A stretch of 36,140 bases of DNA, taken from an uncultured Nitrososphaerota archaeon. GTDB taxonomy: Archaea > Asgardarchaeota > Njordarchaeia > Njordarchaeales > Panguiarchaeaceae. Both the position numbers and the translations under genes were made by a program. This document shows positions 34,247-36,140 of the stretch, piece after piece; the first letter of the stretch is position 1; each line of letters begins with the position of its first letter. The stretch spans positions 1 through 36,140 of the forward strand of contig CAZWPQ010000010.1 of NCBI GenBank assembly GCA_964636085.1. Direction: 5' to 3'. The notes under the pieces were generated by a model. It saw only the letters and a program-made list of their open reading frames with translations. It was not told the DNA's origin and did not search any database.

Positions 34247-35746
34247 TCAGATTGTAATTTCTTCTGCAATAAGTTCTTTGATGTCTTCGCACTTGTCTAG
34301 GATATATTGCAGACCGTCCTTTTCAAGCCATTCTTTGTATTTATTGGCTAAGTTCTGGGCAAATTCTAGGAGTCTTGTGGATATAGCTCCTTGTTCTTGA
34401 TATTTCTGGAGTTTTTGTCTATCGAGTATTAGTATCTCTCCTTCGTATGTCCTAACAACATCTATTTCGAGGTCAACATATCTTATTGAATTGGGGTAGA
34501 CTTCTATAGGAGTATTTATGTTTATATAGATGCCTTTGAGATTAGAGTTCATGTCAAAATAGGCCGTGATTAGTTTTGTGTCTCTCTCCTGTGCAATCGT
34601 CACACCATAATCTCCTGACTCCTTTGGGGCGTTTATTCCATCATAATATCCGCCAGGACTGAATTTTCTAAACAAGATATATTCGGAGACACCATCAGTT
34701 TCTTCAATACTTATAATTCGTGCGGGCCCTAGGATTATTCTCTTAAGAGACGGTTTAAGATGATGAATCCTTATTATATCCCCGACTTTTGGCATAACGC
34801 TCTTCTTGACATAATCAAGAACAAGGCTCGATATTTCATTGAAGTCTAGGCTTGGGAGTTTGGATATGTAATCCTCAACGAAGTCTACGAGATAACTTGT
34901 GGTTCGCCCTACGGCCTTGAGCCAATGATGGCGTTTTATCGTGGGAGTAACTGATGACCTAATTTTATCTAGTTTTTCTTTAGAACCATGTGGGAAATAT
35001 GCTAGCAAGATATTGATTCCTTCTCTAATTTGAGTAAAGGCAGGAGCCTTCTTTGCTTTTTCAATAAGTTCCTCTGCATGCTCCTTGAGACTACTCATCT
35101 CTTCACTTATTTCTTCGGTATCTGCATACATGGCTGAAGTCCTAAATATTGCCCCCCAGCCAGGTGGCCTGAGGATGTTTCCTATATCCATTAGTTCTAT
35201 TTTCTTGCCTCCCTTTATTTTTCTTGAAACCTTTATTGTCTCTTTCTTTATCAGCACAACAAATTCTCCTGGTATGGACACAGTATCAGTTAGGAGTATT
35301 CGATTGTTTTTCTTGTCAAAATCTTTAACTTCAACAACTATAAGGTCTCCCTCATGATAATGTTGCGATGCATCGCTGTTTGGGAGGAATCCCTCATTAT
35401 TAATGGAATAACGAACGATATATCCATCCTTAGTCCGTCGAGTAATTATTCCCTTCCATATGCTATTTTTGATCATGATGTGTTGTTGTATGATTATATC
35501 ATCAAAATTATTGAGCAACAATTCTTTGACACGGTCTGTGTAGCGCTGAAGAGTTTCTATTGTCGCTCTAGATCCCTTTGACTGAATATCTATATGCGGG
35601 CTCAAATAACTGGGATTATCTATATTGAATCTCGAACATATAGTGGGACTAGGCTGTGTGATTTCAAAGCCATTGTCAAGGAATAATCTAGTTAGAGCCG
35701 TCGAAAATATCCCCCGCACTCGTACTCTAATGGTGTCATCCCTCAT
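34247..35746 (-). CDS. fau-1: RNA-binding protein/ribonuclease FAU-1 (RNase E/G-like N-terminus plus DUF402)
   Basis: VRVRGIFSTALT, S1-like region, VTPTIKRHH, GGYYDG, GIYININTPIEVYP, RYVDLEIDVV. Start set at MRDDT; the ORF extends to 35827. Confidence 0.9.
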   Translation of the reverse strand: MRDDTIRVRVRGIFSTALTRLFLDNGFEITQPSPTICSRFNIDNPSYLSPHIDIQSKGSRATIETLQRYTDRVKELLLNNFDDIIIQQHIMIKNSIWKGIITRRTKDGYIVRYSINNEGFLPNSDASQHYHEGDLIVVEVKDFDKKNNRILLTDTVSIPGEFVVLIKKETIKVSRKIKGGKKIELMDIGNILRPPGWGAIFRTSAMYADTEEISEEMSSLKEHAEELIEKAKKAPAFTQIREGINILLAYFPHGSKEKLDKIRSSVTPTIKRHHWLKAVGRTTSYLVDFVEDYISKLPSLDFNEISSLVLDYVKKSVMPKVGDIIRIHHLKPSLKRIILGPARIISIEETDGVSEYILFRKFSPGGYYDGINAPKESGDYGVTIAQERDTKLITAYFDMNSNLKGIYININTPIEVYPNSIRYVDLEIDVVRTYEGEILILDRQKLQKYQEQGAISTRLLEFAQNLANKYKEWLEKDGLQYILDKCEDIKELIAEEITI

Positions 35747-35810
35747 CGGTATGGAACATATCCATGGTTGCATTCTTTGTCCCCAAATAGGACGGTTTAA
35801 AGGATCGTTG

Positions 35811-36140
35811 CTAGGTTGAGATGTCAAGGGTCGTAATTTTTATATATTTGTTAATTTCTTGAGGCGAAAAAATATGAAAACCTTCTTTGTCTGTTATAAC
35901 GGCTATATCGATCCCATCTCCACTAAATACATCCCTTCTAATAGCAGATCGTAACGCCTGGAGAGCCAATATGATCCCCTCTCTTTTAGATAAATTCTCT
36001 TTGTAACCATCCTCAAGCACTCCCAGTGCTATGGGAGAACCGCTTCCTGTTACAATATATTTCTCTTCTTGTATGCTTCCAGCATGATCAAGAAAAACGA
36101 TATGGGATCCAAGTCTATCGACTCCTCCAATAATAAAATG
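35811..36140 (-). CDS. psmB: Proteasome beta subunit, C-terminal part (runs off the window end)
   Basis: My translation gives HFIIGGVD...FLDHAGS...YIVTGSGSPIALGVLEDGY...ALRSAIRRDVFSGDGIDIAVIT. Confidence 0.93.
   Translation of the reverse strand, partial: HFIIGGVDRLGSHIVFLDHAGSIQEEKYIVTGSGSPIALGVLEDGYKENLSKREGIILALQALRSAIRRDVFSGDGIDIAVITDKEGFHIFSPQEINKYIKITTLDIST

Noticed and set aside
1-36140. CRISPR arrays, rRNA genes, transposases, inteins
   Set aside because: I saw no regularly spaced repeats, rRNA-like GC-rich blocks or transposase motifs. Protein lengths (Lhr, ABCE1, ThyX) leave no room for inteins.

Overview
Gene-dense chromosome segment of an archaeon, about 37-39% GC by eye. PolD DP2, multi-OB/Zn RPA, a GPN GTPase, ZPR1, FAU-1 and a longin-like protein suggest an Asgard/Njordarchaeia/Korarchaeia-like lineage; this placement is inference. 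Most of the window is housekeeping: polC (partial), prs, dnaG, rnz, porGDAB, rnp2, endA, pyrB, tRNA-Leu(GAG), glyA-thyX, MtaB-type methylthiotransferase, lhr, ZPR1, RPA, MEMO1, RimI/Ard1, ABCE1, GPN GTPase, FAU-1 and psmB (partial). Five observations stand out. (1) A probable replication origin at about 21.5-22.15 kb has two inward-facing ORB elements with G-strings, a third mini-ORB and an apparent strand-skew switch, but no cdc6/orc1 gene in the window. (2) A longin-like domain is fused to four TM helices and appears to start at a non-canonical ATA codon. (3) An orphan 785-aa PglZ-domain protein has an intact-looking active site and no BREX genes nearby. (4) An overlapping glyA-thyX pair carries unusual substitutions at cofactor/folate-contacting motifs. 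(5) A variable patch around tRNA-Leu encodes wHTH proteins and a D->N aspartyl-protease-like protein. All calls come from motif recognition by eye; no database searches were run.
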